From positions 1 through 64,000 of IMG/VR virus record IMGVR_UViG_3300046674_000314: a stretch of 64,000 nt of DNA. The stretch is one strand, 5' to 3'. The notes under the pieces were generated by a model, which saw nothing but the letters and a program-made list of their open reading frames with translations, had not been told where the DNA came from and made no database searches. This document shows, piece after piece, positions 37,188 to 47,623 of this stretch. Position numbers and translations under genes: made by a program. Position 1 is the first letter of the stretch; each line of letters begins with the position of its first letter. Source of the stretch: a virus.

Positions 37188-37490
37188 ATGACACCTTTCG
37201 ACCAAGAAGCCGAGATTCAAACATTGCGCCAAGAAGTACATGTGGCCAATCGGATTTCCGATCTGCTGAACGATCCAATCATCGACCAGTCTCTTAACGG
37301 AATGCTTCATGGGTTGCAAAACCAATGGCTCATTACGCAACGGGCCGAAGATCGCGAAGCGCTCTGGCTGCGCGCAGTTGGCTTGCAAGAATTCATTACC
37401 ACGTTGAAGTCCCTTATCGATTCCGGCAAGATGGCCGCTACGCAACTGGAGTTACTGAAAAATGGCAACGAAGAACCCACCGAAGAGTGA
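37188..37490 (+). CDS. Conserved small head-module protein
   Basis: LLNDP...W...EDREALW...LIDSGKMA pattern, common near podoviral portal/scaffold genes. Confidence 0.65.
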   Translation: MTPFDQEAEIQTLRQEVHVANRISDLLNDPIIDQSLNGMLHGLQNQWLITQRAEDREALWLRAVGLQEFITTLKSLIDSGKMAATQLELLKNGNEEPTEE

Positions 37491-37917
37491 TGCACCGGTC
37501 CCGGCGTGGGTTCCCGGCGCTGTACCTCAAGCCGCCCCCTCGCTGGCGAATCCGTTCGATCTGACGCACATGGCGCCCGAACATTCTCAATCACCGTTCG
37601 AGGACAATTACAACGTCGATCCGCCCGCGCGTCGTTCGCCTTTCCTTCCGCCGCCGCCCGAAGAAGCCGCCGCTGTACCTCCGACCCATGAGCGCCCGGA
37701 AGGCACGCCCGACTGGGCAATCTTTGCTTCGTTCATTCAAAAGCACGGCGATCAGATCATTCGCGCTCAATACCCGACCCCGATGGGTGAAGTAGTCGAT
37801 ACCATCTGGTGCGGCGTGCCGGTCACCGATGGCCCGGCTGCGGTCATTCTACACAAGCGCGCTGGGCTGGTCTCGTGGGCCGAAGCCACCGTTGGCACGC
37901 CCTACGAAGGAAAGTAA
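37462..37917 (+). CDS. Pro-rich hypothetical protein
   Basis: TAATG coupling to TerL. Confidence 0.6.
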   Translation: MATKNPPKSDAPVPAWVPGAVPQAAPSLANPFDLTHMAPEHSQSPFEDNYNVDPPARRSPFLPPPPEEAAAVPPTHERPEGTPDWAIFASFIQKHGDQIIRAQYPTPMGEVVDTIWCGVPVTDGPAAVILHKRAGLVSWAEATVGTPYEGK

Positions 37918-39215
37918 TGCAACTCGCGCCCCCGCAAGCACCGGTGAAAAAAGCCGGTAATCAAATGCCCACTTGGTCCAAAGTTTTATTTGAGCCACAA
38001 TGGCGGTATATCAGCGTGCGCGGTGGGCGCGGATCGGGTAAAACCAAGAACTTCGCACGGGCGCTCATTATGCGCTCGACGGTCGAAAAGCTTCGCGTGC
38101 TCTGCACTCGTGAAGTTCAGTTGTCTATCCGGGAATCGGTTTATGCGACGCTTGTCAACGAGATTCAGGAACTTGGGCTTTCCTCGCAGTTTGAAATCTT
38201 GTCGAACGAAATACGCTCGGCAAAAGGCGGATCGTTTATATTCCGCGGTCTGGCAGCAGAAACCATTGACTCGATTAAGTCTCTCGCAGACATTGACATT
38301 GCGTGGGTTGAAGAAGCACAAAGTGTTAGCAGAAAGTCGTTTGAAATGCTTTTCCCGACGATTCGTGCTGCTGGCTCGCAAATTTGGCTGAGTTGGAACC
38401 CGGTGCTGGAGTCCGACCCAATCTACGAAATGGTCTGTAAGGAAGGGCTTCCGGACTGCGCGAACCTTTTCGTCAACTTCGACCAGAATCCGTGGTTCCC
38501 TGATGTGCTGCGGCTAGAGGAACAGCATATGCTCGGGCGCGATCCTATCCGCCACGCGCATATTTGGGGCGGTATGCCGCTCCCGGCTGTCGAAGGTGCA
38601 ATCTACTTCGATGATATTCAAGCGATGGAGCGTGAAGAACGCATTCGTTTGCTCACACAAGACCCGCTACTCCAGTTGTACCTCGTATTCGACTTGGGTT
38701 TCAACGATGCGATGACCTGCTGTGTCGTCCAAAAGACCAATAACGAGACTCGGGTCATTGATTTTATCGAAAACAACAAGGTTTCACTCGCTTGGTTCGA
38801 CGGTGAGCTTCGCGGACGCGGTTATGAGACCGGAATTATCTGTCTCCCGCACGATGGACGCCACAAATCGCTGCAAACCGGCCTATCGCCCCAAGAAATT
38901 ATGTCGATGTACGGTTGGACAGTCGAAATTGTTGATAATATCGGTGTCGAAAATGGAATTCGTACCTGCCGCGAGCTAATGAGCACCATGTACATCGACC
39001 GGCATCGGTGCGAAGCGCTTTTGGAGCATTTGAAGCGTTACGCGCGCAACAAACACGGCCATCCGGTCCACGACGAGCATTCCCACGCGGCTGACGCGCT
39101 CCGTTATGTTGCAGTTCATGCAAATATGATGATGACAGCGTTCGTTGGTGGATTGTGGGGCAGTAACGGCGGCGCCGGTAACGCACTTCCCTATCCGGAC
39201 ATTATCACAGCATAA
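37917..39215 (+). CDS. terL: Terminase large subunit (PBSX-like)
   Basis: GGRGSGKT Walker A, WVEEA Walker B, FDLGFND nuclease, HSHAADALRY. Confidence 0.95.
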   Translation: MQLAPPQAPVKKAGNQMPTWSKVLFEPQWRYISVRGGRGSGKTKNFARALIMRSTVEKLRVLCTREVQLSIRESVYATLVNEIQELGLSSQFEILSNEIRSAKGGSFIFRGLAAETIDSIKSLADIDIAWVEEAQSVSRKSFEMLFPTIRAAGSQIWLSWNPVLESDPIYEMVCKEGLPDCANLFVNFDQNPWFPDVLRLEEQHMLGRDPIRHAHIWGGMPLPAVEGAIYFDDIQAMEREERIRLLTQDPLLQLYLVFDLGFNDAMTCCVVQKTNNETRVIDFIENNKVSLAWFDGELRGRGYETGIICLPHDGRHKSLQTGLSPQEIMSMYGWTVEIVDNIGVENGIRTCRELMSTMYIDRHRCEALLEHLKRYARNKHGHPVHDEHSHAADALRYVAVHANMMMTAFVGGLWGSNGGAGNALPYPDIITA

Positions 39216-39223
39216 GGTAAATA

Positions 39224-41830
39224 ATGGATCAAGCACAACTTGCGGATTTGTTCGAGCGGGAAATGACGCCCGACACAAGCCCCTCCAATGTGGCTATGCC
39301 CGGTGTTCCCGCGCAAGAAATCACAGTGATGGGTGTTGATGACCGTGAACCCGCAGGATTCGAGGACGAAGGCGACATTAAAATGTCGGACGAGGAAATC
39401 GACAATATCCTTGGGATGCATATCCGCAATGCGGTGAACTGGTACGGCTCCGAGATTGCCACCGCCCAAGCGAAGGCGATGGAGTACTACCTCGGGTTGC
39501 CACAGGGTGATCTGGCGCCGCCCGGCGTTGCAGGTCGCTCGCAAGCGGTCGACACCACGGTTTCGGACATTATTGAGTGGATGATGCCCGCGCTGATGGA
39601 AATGTTCTTTGCGTCAGGCAATGTGATCGACTATGAACCGCGCAACCCTTCAGACGAGAAGGGTGCAAAGCAAATGACGCACACCGCGAATTATGTCATC
39701 AATTCGCAGAATCCGGGCTTTCAGGTCTTTCTTGACTGGTTCAAGAATGCTCTGTTGAACAAGCTTGGCGTCGTCAAATGTTTCTGGGAACCGACCGAGA
39801 ACCATTCGCGCGAGTACTTCAATCAGCAGACCGATGTGCAATTGGGCTTGCTGGTCGACGACCCTGACCTCGAAATCATCAAAATCACGAGCTATGTCGA
39901 TCCGCATGCAGAACGTGCGGAAATGGACCGGTTTAAGCAGCAATCCCAAGCCTTCGGCCAGTGGCAGCAAGCCGCAGCCCAAGCGAAGGCGCAAGGGCTT
40001 CCGTGGCCGCCCATGCAGCCGCCAGCGCCCCCGCAGCCGGGGCAACCGCCGCAAGCCGCCCAGCCGCAGCCCATGCAGCCCCCGCCACGGCCCGCCCCGA
40101 TCAACTTGAAAAAGTTGCCGCAGCTTCACAATGTGATCGCACGGCGGGCGAAGAAGTCGGGCAAAGTGTCCATCGAAGCGATGAATTCGGAAGACTTTAT
40201 TGTCGATCCGCGCTCGCGTCGCGTCGAAGACGGCTTTTCGGCTCACCGGCTCAAGCGCACGATTGGTTACCTGCGCCAGCAAGGCTACAAGAACGTCGAT
40301 GATATTTCGTCGGACTCCGATGCTGAGAGCGCGGAGAATTCCGAGGTACAGCTTGCCCGCCAATCGCTTCAAAACACCTATGTCCCGCCGAATGCGACCG
40401 AGGACTACGGTGACGAGTCGATGCGGGAAGTCTGGCTGTATGAGTGCTATCTCCCGATTGACTGCGACTTGGATGGTATTCCGGAATGGCGCCGCATCAC
40501 GCGCGCCGGTGACCAAATCCTCGAAAATGTGATCGTAGACGGTCCTCCATTTGCCACATTGTGCCCGGTGCCGATCCCGGGTCTGCTCTATGGGCGCTCG
40601 CTTGCCGACCTTGGCATGATGACGCAGTATAGCAAAACCGGCTTGCTTCGTTCGCTGATCGATAATGTCAACGTGCAGGTGAATGGCCGCACATGGGCTA
40701 TCGAATCGCAGGTCAATATCTCGGATTTGCTCACCAATCGCCCAGGTGGCGTGGTGCGAGTCAAGTCTGCGAACGCGGTCGGTATGCTGCAACAGGGTCT
40801 GGCAGATAGTCAAGGCGCTTACCAGCTACTTGAGTTCCTCGACAGCCAGTCGCAGGAGCGCACCGGAGTCACCAAATACACGAAGGGTACTGATTCCGAC
40901 GCTTTGAATTCGACGGCTACTGGTATCACGAATCTGACGGAGCGGGCTGACCTTCGGGTCAAGCTGGTCGCGCGATGCTTCGCTGAAACTGGGGTCAAAC
41001 GCCTGTTCATGCTGATCCAGAAGGAACTCGCCAAGCACCAAGACCAGAACATGGTTTTCAAGGTGAACGAGGACTGGGTAGACGTCGATCCCCGCACGTG
41101 GCATAACGAATATATTCTCGTGCCGCGCGTTGGGCTGGGAAGTGGCGACCGCAGCAAGAAGGTACAGCAGCTGTTGCAACTGATGGGCGTGCAATCCACT
41201 GCTGCGCAAGCTGGTCTTACAACGCCGGAGAATCTGTATAACTCGGCGTGCGACCTGGTGGATGCGATCCAACTCGGCAAGCCGCAGCGCTACTTCACGT
41301 TGCCCGATCCCAATGCACCGAAGCCGCCGCCCCCGCCCGATCCCAACATGGTTCTGGTGCAGGGTCAGTTGCAAATTGAGCACCAAAAAGCTCAGGACAA
41401 GCGGGAAACGGATCAGTTCCAAGCGCAGATTGACGCACAGAACGACCAGCGCGATTTCGAGCATAAGCAAGCACTCGAAGCCGCCAAGCTGCAAAACCAA
41501 CGCGAAATCGAAGCGGAACGCCTTGCGTGGGAGAAAGAGAAGTTCTACGCACAGCTGACCGCCGATCGTGAAATTGCAGCGCTCAAGGCAATGGCAACCA
41601 CGCAACAAGAAGCGGATATGCGCCGTCAGACTTTGGCGGATCAGAACGCCGCAGCGCTGCGTGATGCACATGTGGATAGCGCCCATCGCGACGCAGACCG
41701 CCAGCACGAAGCAGAGCAAGCAGACGCACAACGGCAGCATGACGCCGCGCAAGCAGAAGCGGACCGACAGGCACAAATTGAAATTGCCCGTCAGAAAGCC
41801 GCTCAAATCACGCCGGGTACAGCTGAATAG
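39224..41830 (+). CDS. Portal protein (P22-like podoviral type) with long coiled-coil C-terminus
   Basis: Follows TerL; AMEYYLG, GVVKCFWE, NRPGGVVRV, ERTGV motifs; 868 aa. Confidence 0.9.
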   Translation: MDQAQLADLFEREMTPDTSPSNVAMPGVPAQEITVMGVDDREPAGFEDEGDIKMSDEEIDNILGMHIRNAVNWYGSEIATAQAKAMEYYLGLPQGDLAPPGVAGRSQAVDTTVSDIIEWMMPALMEMFFASGNVIDYEPRNPSDEKGAKQMTHTANYVINSQNPGFQVFLDWFKNALLNKLGVVKCFWEPTENHSREYFNQQTDVQLGLLVDDPDLEIIKITSYVDPHAERAEMDRFKQQSQAFGQWQQAAAQAKAQGLPWPPMQPPAPPQPGQPPQAAQPQPMQPPPRPAPINLKKLPQLHNVIARRAKKSGKVSIEAMNSEDFIVDPRSRRVEDGFSAHRLKRTIGYLRQQGYKNVDDISSDSDAESAENSEVQLARQSLQNTYVPPNATEDYGDESMREVWLYECYLPIDCDLDGIPEWRRITRAGDQILENVIVDGPPFATLCPVPIPGLLYGRSLADLGMMTQYSKTGLLRSLIDNVNVQVNGRTWAIESQVNISDLLTNRPGGVVRVKSANAVGMLQQGLADSQGAYQLLEFLDSQSQERTGVTKYTKGTDSDALNSTATGITNLTERADLRVKLVARCFAETGVKRLFMLIQKELAKHQDQNMVFKVNEDWVDVDPRTWHNEYILVPRVGLGSGDRSKKVQQLLQLMGVQSTAAQAGLTTPENLYNSACDLVDAIQLGKPQRYFTLPDPNAPKPPPPPDPNMVLVQGQLQIEHQKAQDKRETDQFQAQIDAQNDQRDFEHKQALEAAKLQNQREIEAERLAWEKEKFYAQLTADREIAALKAMATTQQEADMRRQTLADQNAAALRDAHVDSAHRDADRQHEAEQADAQRQHDAAQAEADRQAQIEIARQKAAQITPGTAE

Positions 41831-41882
41831 TTGATCCCGGCAACAAGCCACGTTATATTAACCTCAACACGGAGTAGGAACA

Positions 41883-42932
41883 ATGGACGGCGAACTGATG
41901 GACTTGGCTTCGGCCTTTGACGACAATCCCGCTGATGCAATTACGGGCGAAGACGACAAGGTTGTCGCACCGGTTAAGGAAGAAGTGGTTGTTGTCGAGC
42001 CGACGGATGACGAAGTCGAAGCCGAAGAAGGCGACGATCAGGAAAACGGCGACGAATCGGCTGAAAGTGACGATCCTGACCTTGACTTGGACCTCGACGG
42101 TGAAGAAGCCGACGAAGGTAAAGACGCAGCCGCAGTCCTGAAGGACGATACTCCGATCGAGTTGGTTATCGACGGCGCAAAGGTCACCAAGACTTTCGCT
42201 GAGTTGAAGGCAGAAGCACAGAAGTATGCAGGGGCCGAAAAACGGTTCGAAGAAGCGGCAGCTATCCGCAAGGACGCTGAGACGCGACTGGCCGTGCTTC
42301 CGGAGCGGGAAAAACAGCTGGGGCAGGTACTCGAGTATTACATCGCCCAAAGCGCTCAGTTCTTGGATAAACAACCGAACTGGGAACAGCTGATCGCTGA
42401 AGACCCGCAGAAGTACCTCGCCGAGCGACACGCTTGGGAGAAAAAGCAACAGGAGAATTTGCAAGCACGGCAGATTCAAACCGAGTTGCAACGCCGAAAT
42501 GCGGAGCAAGAACAGGCATCGAAAGCACAACGAGTCGCCGAGGAACGTACCAAGTTGCTCGGAGCGATACCGGAGTGGCAAGACCCTGCGAAGGCAGCAG
42601 AAGGCGCACGAGCGATTGACCAATATTTGCGCGGTGCTGGTATCCCGGCTGAAATGCTCGGTGATATTGACCACCACCAAGTGCTGGTAATCGCACGCAA
42701 AGCGATGCTGTATGACCAAGCAATCGCCAAGCAAAAAGCGGCCCGCGAGACTGGAGCGCAACGGCAGAAGCCGAATCAGCAAGCGCAACCGAAAGCGGCC
42801 CGTGTCGAGCGTCCCGGTGCAGCAGCGCCTTTGCCGACCCAATCGCATCGCACGCAAGTGCAGCGAATGAATGCGGCGAAAGCGTTCAAGCAAGCACCAT
42901 CTGTTGACACGCTGGCAAGTCTGTTCGAATAA
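41883..42932 (+). CDS. Scaffolding protein
   Basis: Acidic N-terminus, IDG..VT..EL, coiled coil, AIPEWQD; between portal and capsid. Confidence 0.85.
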   Translation: MDGELMDLASAFDDNPADAITGEDDKVVAPVKEEVVVVEPTDDEVEAEEGDDQENGDESAESDDPDLDLDLDGEEADEGKDAAAVLKDDTPIELVIDGAKVTKTFAELKAEAQKYAGAEKRFEEAAAIRKDAETRLAVLPEREKQLGQVLEYYIAQSAQFLDKQPNWEQLIAEDPQKYLAERHAWEKKQQENLQARQIQTELQRRNAEQEQASKAQRVAEERTKLLGAIPEWQDPAKAAEGARAIDQYLRGAGIPAEMLGDIDHHQVLVIARKAMLYDQAIAKQKAARETGAQRQKPNQQAQPKAARVERPGAAAPLPTQSHRTQVQRMNAAKAFKQAPSVDTLASLFE

Positions 42933-42968
42933 GCGAACGGCGAACCGGCACACGAAAAGGGCTTTACC

Positions 42969-43919
42969 ATGCCGAACAATACCCTCACGACCTATGGCGT
43001 CGTTGGCAACCGCGAAGACCTGTCCGAAAAGGTTTTCATGATTACCCCGAGCGACACGCCGTTCACGTCGTCCATCGCCAAAACGTCCGCCGATGGCGTG
43101 TACCACGAATGGCAGACGGACTCGCTCCGCGCTCCGAATGGTCAGAATGCGGCCGTCGAAGGCGCTGATGCAACCTACGCTGCGCAAAGCCCGACCGTCC
43201 GGATCGGTAACCGCACGCAGATCATCAAAGACACTTTCTCGGTGTCGAACACGCAGGAAGCCGTCAAGAAGGCTGGTCCGAAGGAAGTTGCACGTCTTTC
43301 CGCCAAGAAGTCGGTGGAACTGAAGAAGGACGTGGAAGCTGCATCGCTGGCAAATCAGACTTCAGTGGTCGGTTCGTCGACGGTCGCCCGCACGATGCGC
43401 GGTGTGGCTGGCTGGTGCCAGACCAACTTCGTCGGTGGTGCTGGTTCGGCTGCTCCGGTTCCCGCAACGAACACGGCACCGGTCGCTGGCACGCCCGCCG
43501 CGTTTACGGAAGGCATGCTGAAGTCGATCCTGCTGAAGACGTATCAGGCAGGCGGCAACGTCACGCAAATCCATATGCGCCCGAGCGACAAGCAGCTTTC
43601 GAGCGGCTTCAGCGGCAACGCAACGCGTATGCAAGAAGTCGATGGTAACGGAAAGTCGGCCGTGCTGCAAACGGCATATGCCGTCTACGCCGGTGACTTC
43701 GGCAATGTCGCAATGATCCCGAACCGCGTGCTTTCGGCGATCAACGACAACGCGATCTACGCTATTGACCCCTCCATGTGGGCACTGGCAACTCTGCGAG
43801 GCTTCGAGAAGACCGAGCTTGCTCAAACGGGCGACGCCCGCAACTGGCAAATCGTGTACGAAGGCACGCTGGAAGCACGGAACGAAGCGTCGTCGGGTCA
43901 GGTTCGCGACTTGACGTAA
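42969..43919 (+). CDS. Major capsid protein (DUF5309/SU10-like)
   Basis: GNREDLS..I.PSDTPF, HEWQTDSL, NRTQI, ELKKDVE, LAQTGD, EGTLE. Confidence 0.92.
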   Translation: MPNNTLTTYGVVGNREDLSEKVFMITPSDTPFTSSIAKTSADGVYHEWQTDSLRAPNGQNAAVEGADATYAAQSPTVRIGNRTQIIKDTFSVSNTQEAVKKAGPKEVARLSAKKSVELKKDVEAASLANQTSVVGSSTVARTMRGVAGWCQTNFVGGAGSAAPVPATNTAPVAGTPAAFTEGMLKSILLKTYQAGGNVTQIHMRPSDKQLSSGFSGNATRMQEVDGNGKSAVLQTAYAVYAGDFGNVAMIPNRVLSAINDNAIYAIDPSMWALATLRGFEKTELAQTGDARNWQIVYEGTLEARNEASSGQVRDLT

Positions 43920-43922
43920 ACG

Positions 43923-43948
43923 AAGGGGCTTCGGCCCCTTTCTTCTTT
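43923..43948 (+). terminator. Intrinsic terminator after the capsid gene
   Basis: aaggggc ttcg gcccctt tcttcttt. Confidence 0.9.
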
Positions 43949-43960
43949 CCGGAGTCAGAC

Positions 43961-44254
43961 ATGCCGAACGTATTTACTCCCGACTTCGGGTCGGGCGATG
44001 TGCTTGCTGTTGGTACTTCGAGCGCGTCCAAGACAATCGACGGCAATTCGTCCAGTATCTATCTGTTCAACGATGGTACTGTGACGGTTTTCGTCCGTTG
44101 GAGCAAGGGCGCGTCCAATGCAGTTGTGAACAAAGACTTGGCGATGCCACCGGGATCGATTCAGACTTTCGGGAAAGATTCCCGCGATACGCTGTCGGCT
44201 ATCTGCGCGAGCGGAACGTCGAATCTTCGGTACATCACCGGCCAAGGGGAATAA
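43961..44254 (+). CDS. Small beta-rich virion protein
   Basis: GGAG RBS; position after the capsid gene. Confidence 0.7.
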   Translation: MPNVFTPDFGSGDVLAVGTSSASKTIDGNSSSIYLFNDGTVTVFVRWSKGASNAVVNKDLAMPPGSIQTFGKDSRDTLSAICASGTSNLRYITGQGE

Positions 44255-44255
44255 T

Positions 44256-47012
44256 ATGGCAAATCGCGGTGGTGGTGGTGGTGGCGCTGGGCTTCCGGGC
44301 GCGCCGGGGGCCGACGGGAATACGATTCTGACCACAGTCGGTCAGCCGATTTCGACGGTCGGTAAGGACGGCGATTACGCCTATGATCCGTCGTCAAGAA
44401 CCATGTATGGTCCGAAATCGGGCACATGGTCTTCTGGCGTTTCCATGAATGGTTTGGCGGGCGCTCCGGGCGTGGACGGTGCGACCATTCTACAAACGAG
44501 TGGCGCACCGTCGAACGTAACTGGTAAAAATGGCGATTTTGCCATCGATTCGACCGCAAAAGTCATGTATGGCCCCAAGTCGGGCGGTGCATGGCCTGCT
44601 GGCGTTTCACTAGCTGGCTCGGCTGGCACGAACGGGACCAATGGGGCCGATGGCAACACCATTGTGGCTACCACTGGCGCACCGTCGAACGTAACTGGTA
44701 AGAATGGCGACTATGCGTATGACGCAGCCGCCAAGCTGATGTATGGGCCGAAGGCTGCCGGAACTTGGCCCGGCGGGGTCTCGCTAGCTGGCACGAATGG
44801 CACGAATGGCACGAATGGAACCAACGGCGCTAATGGCGCAAGCATTCTGGCTACAACCGGTGCCCCTGCTGGTGGTGTTGGGCAGAACGGTGACTATGCG
44901 TTCGACTCGACAGCCAAGATGATGTACGGGCCGAAGGCTGCGGGCGCATGGCCCGGTGGCGTTGCGCTCTCGGGAACCAACGGAACGAATGGGACAAACG
45001 GTACGAATGGGGTGGGTTGGACCAGTGGTACGGGTGCGCCGAATGATGCAGATGGGCAGCCGAATGGCGCGCTATACCTCGACCAAGACCCCACTGGCGC
45101 CTACAACTTCTATAAGAAAGTGAGCGGCACCTACGGAACAACCCTTGGGTCGCTTCGCGGTCGGGATGGGGCAGACGGCTCGTCTGGCGCTTTCAAGGGC
45201 TGGAATATCACGACCGGCACTCCTTCGGCTGGGCTAGGGAATACAGGCGAAGCGGCGATTGATCCGGCTACGGGCTTGACCTGGTTGCCGAAGCAAGCGT
45301 CGAGCGCCCCGACTCCGGACGGCTTCTTCGGCTTGAACACGCATATTTCCAGCACGTATGCGCCGACCAGCGGCGTGCCTACGCCTGCCCAATATGTGGC
45401 CAAAATGCAGGATTTGGGCGTCCAGATCGTTCGAACCAATGTCAGCAACACGACTTCGGCAACAACGACTCTGCCCTATTTCCAAGCGTTTAAAGCTGCT
45501 GGCATCAAGACGATGGCGGTGCTGGACCAAGGCGTGCCGCTCGGCAATAGCTATGCGACCAATAAGACGAACGGTCAGTCATACGCGTCGGGTATCGCTA
45601 CGATTCTGGCGGGCTATGTCGATTATTACGAAATGTCGAACGAAATCGACTTTTCATGTCGAACTGATGGTGGTTCGGGCGGCGCGCGGTCAACAGCAAG
45701 CAATGGTGTCACTGGCTCGCAGATCGGGAAAGGTATTGACGGTTCGATTCCGGGCGACTATTCGGTTGCTTCAATCAATGCGCTGCGCGGTTGGATCGCG
45801 GGCGGTTTGATCGGTATCCGGGCTGCTGATGCGGCGGCGAAGTGCAGTTACGCGTCAGGCGTGCCGTTCGCATATGTCGTGCTGGACATGATGGTGAATG
45901 GCCGCGAACCGGCGCCCCCTGCTTCGCAGACTCCAACTGTCACGGTTGCTTCGGCAAATCCTGCGATCGTATTGGATTTCGCTACTTCGCATTGGTACTC
46001 GTCGATGGGGAATTGGCTTAGCGCCGGTCCTTCGACGTATCTCGGCGCGTTGCAAAACGTCCCGGCTCAGATGCGCTCAGTGTCGGGCAATCTGCCGATC
46101 CATGTGACAGAATGGGGTATGCTGGGTACGGATGCCAACCAAGCGGCGTATATGACTAGTCAGTCGAACTTCTGGCTGACGAACAAGACGACCTATGGTA
46201 TTCAATCGGTCGAAATGTATGCACTGTATCCGAACCCGGGCGACGGTGCTGCTGGTTCTCCCAACTATGGTATCATGCAGTTGGATGGCACGACGAAGAA
46301 GGCTGCGTATGACACGTTGAAGAACTTTCATCTTGCCAATACGACGCCGGGCGCAAGTGCATGGCCCGGAACTCCGCGAGTGCTTCCCGCGCAAAATGAT
46401 ATCCCGTCGGCAATGAATCTCTTTATGGATTCATCCAACGTGCTATCGCTGCGCAATGGGACGAACAACCAGGAAATTCGCGTCTGGCAGACGATCGACG
46501 GCGCGCTTGCCAATGGCTCGTATGGCGGCATGTGGTACTCGGGTGGCCAGTTCCATATCGGTACAGGTAAGATCGGCAGTGGTTCCCCTCCGGGAACGCG
46601 TTATACTGTGAACGGGATTGACTTGCTGTCGTTCGGTGCAGGTAGTATTTCGCCGGTCACGGATCAGAACTACAACCTTGGGAATACGACCGCGCGGTAT
46701 TTGCGTGCGTATATCTGGGGCTTGAACATGAAGATCGCGCGGACCAGCACCAGCGGAACGACGATTGCGAACCCTTCGGCACCGGGCACGACAATTTGGA
46801 CTGGGGCAGGGGCGGGTAGCATCACGGTCGAGGCAGCGCCGGAAGATGGCCAAATCCGGATTTTTGCCAACTCGGCAACGGCTGCGGTCACCTTCACGGT
46901 GAACTACACCGGGCGGGGCGGTGCTTCGTCGGTCGTGCTGAATCAGGATCAAAGCTGCATTTTGCAGTATGACGGAACGGGTGGCTGCTGGATTAAGGTA
47001 TCGGCCACGTAA
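44256..47012 (+). CDS. Fibre/spike with collagen-like repeats and a clan GH-A glycoside hydrolase domain
   Basis: Four ~55-aa GxxGDxAxD...MYGPK..G.W repeats with GTN triplets; FFGLNTH, LGVQIVR, EMSNEID (acid/base), HWY and HVTEWG (nucleophile). Confidence 0.8.
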   Translation: MANRGGGGGGAGLPGAPGADGNTILTTVGQPISTVGKDGDYAYDPSSRTMYGPKSGTWSSGVSMNGLAGAPGVDGATILQTSGAPSNVTGKNGDFAIDSTAKVMYGPKSGGAWPAGVSLAGSAGTNGTNGADGNTIVATTGAPSNVTGKNGDYAYDAAAKLMYGPKAAGTWPGGVSLAGTNGTNGTNGTNGANGASILATTGAPAGGVGQNGDYAFDSTAKMMYGPKAAGAWPGGVALSGTNGTNGTNGTNGVGWTSGTGAPNDADGQPNGALYLDQDPTGAYNFYKKVSGTYGTTLGSLRGRDGADGSSGAFKGWNITTGTPSAGLGNTGEAAIDPATGLTWLPKQASSAPTPDGFFGLNTHISSTYAPTSGVPTPAQYVAKMQDLGVQIVRTNVSNTTSATTTLPYFQAFKAAGIKTMAVLDQGVPLGNSYATNKTNGQSYASGIATILAGYVDYYEMSNEIDFSCRTDGGSGGARSTASNGVTGSQIGKGIDGSIPGDYSVASINALRGWIAGGLIGIRAADAAAKCSYASGVPFAYVVLDMMVNGREPAPPASQTPTVTVASANPAIVLDFATSHWYSSMGNWLSAGPSTYLGALQNVPAQMRSVSGNLPIHVTEWGMLGTDANQAAYMTSQSNFWLTNKTTYGIQSVEMYALYPNPGDGAAGSPNYGIMQLDGTTKKAAYDTLKNFHLANTTPGASAWPGTPRVLPAQNDIPSAMNLFMDSSNVLSLRNGTNNQEIRVWQTIDGALANGSYGGMWYSGGQFHIGTGKIGSGSPPGTRYTVNGIDLLSFGAGSISPVTDQNYNLGNTTARYLRAYIWGLNMKIARTSTSGTTIANPSAPGTTIWTGAGAGSITVEAAPEDGQIRIFANSATAAVTFTVNYTGRGGASSVVLNQDQSCILQYDGTGGCWIKVSAT

Positions 47013-47078
47013 AGAGTAGTTGGGGTGAGAGTGGGGCTTTTTACTCCCGGGTAACTCCGGGAGCTTTTTCTGGAGTTC

Positions 47079-47285
47079 ATGATGAAGAAAGCAGCGATTG
47101 TTCAGTCAAACCGCAAGGTCGCGGCAGACGGAACCATGAAAGGAATGCAGGCGAGCAACAATCCGCCGCCGCTGAAACCGCTTGGTCCAACGCCTGCGGC
47201 ACCGTCAAAAAAGACTTCAACAGGTGGTAAAGGTCCAGCAGCAGGCGGTAGTGTCAAGCTAGGCGGTCATTACTCGAACAAATGA
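47079..47285 (+). CDS. Small basic protein
   Basis: GGAG RBS; K/P/G-rich. Confidence 0.55.
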   Translation: MMKKAAIVQSNRKVAADGTMKGMQASNNPPPLKPLGPTPAAPSKKTSTGGKGPAAGGSVKLGGHYSNK

Positions 47286-47311
47286 AAAAAGCCCCAGTCA
47301 AGGGGCTTTTT
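47285..47311. terminator. Bidirectional terminator
   Basis: aaaaaagcccc agtcaa ggggcttttt between convergent genes. Confidence 0.85.
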
Positions 47312-47314
47312 CTA

Positions 47315-47623
47315 TTACTGGTTCGGCTCTCCGTTGAAGTCCGGCTTCGTGGCATCATGGACCAGCTTGCCGATTTGGTACGGCATCCATTGCCAAGTGT
47401 TCTTCTCTGCCTGACGCTCGGCGCTATACTCGATGGGGCCGATTCCTTGCGAGTGCGCTAGATGGTCAACGACCAGCAAATTTAGCTTGCCGTCCGAATG
47501 GACGAAGACGATGGTTGCGTCAAGCGGCGCTTTTTCGTCGACCATGTTGAAACGCGAGAGGTCTTCGTCGCTCGGGTAAAAATAGACCTTGCGCCCGATC
47601 GTCGGTTCAATGGGTGAATTCAT
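47315..47623 (-). CDS. Conserved small phage protein
   Basis: PTIGRKVYF...DATIVFVH...NLLVVD...WQWMPYQ. Confidence 0.7.
   Translation of the reverse strand: MNSPIEPTIGRKVYFYPSDEDLSRFNMVDEKAPLDATIVFVHSDGKLNLLVVDHLAHSQGIGPIEYSAERQAEKNTWQWMPYQIGKLVHDATKPDFNGEPNQ

Noticed and set aside
39960-40100. Pro/Gln-rich insert in the portal as a possible intein
   Set aside because: It is a low-complexity loop with no Cys/Ser start, HN end or endonuclease motifs.
40826-43187. Long antisense ORFs (341 aa, 444 aa) and similar ones elsewhere, e.g. 55172-56494 and 67-627
   Set aside because: They are shadow frames of strongly supported genes in GC-rich DNA, with no motifs or RBS.
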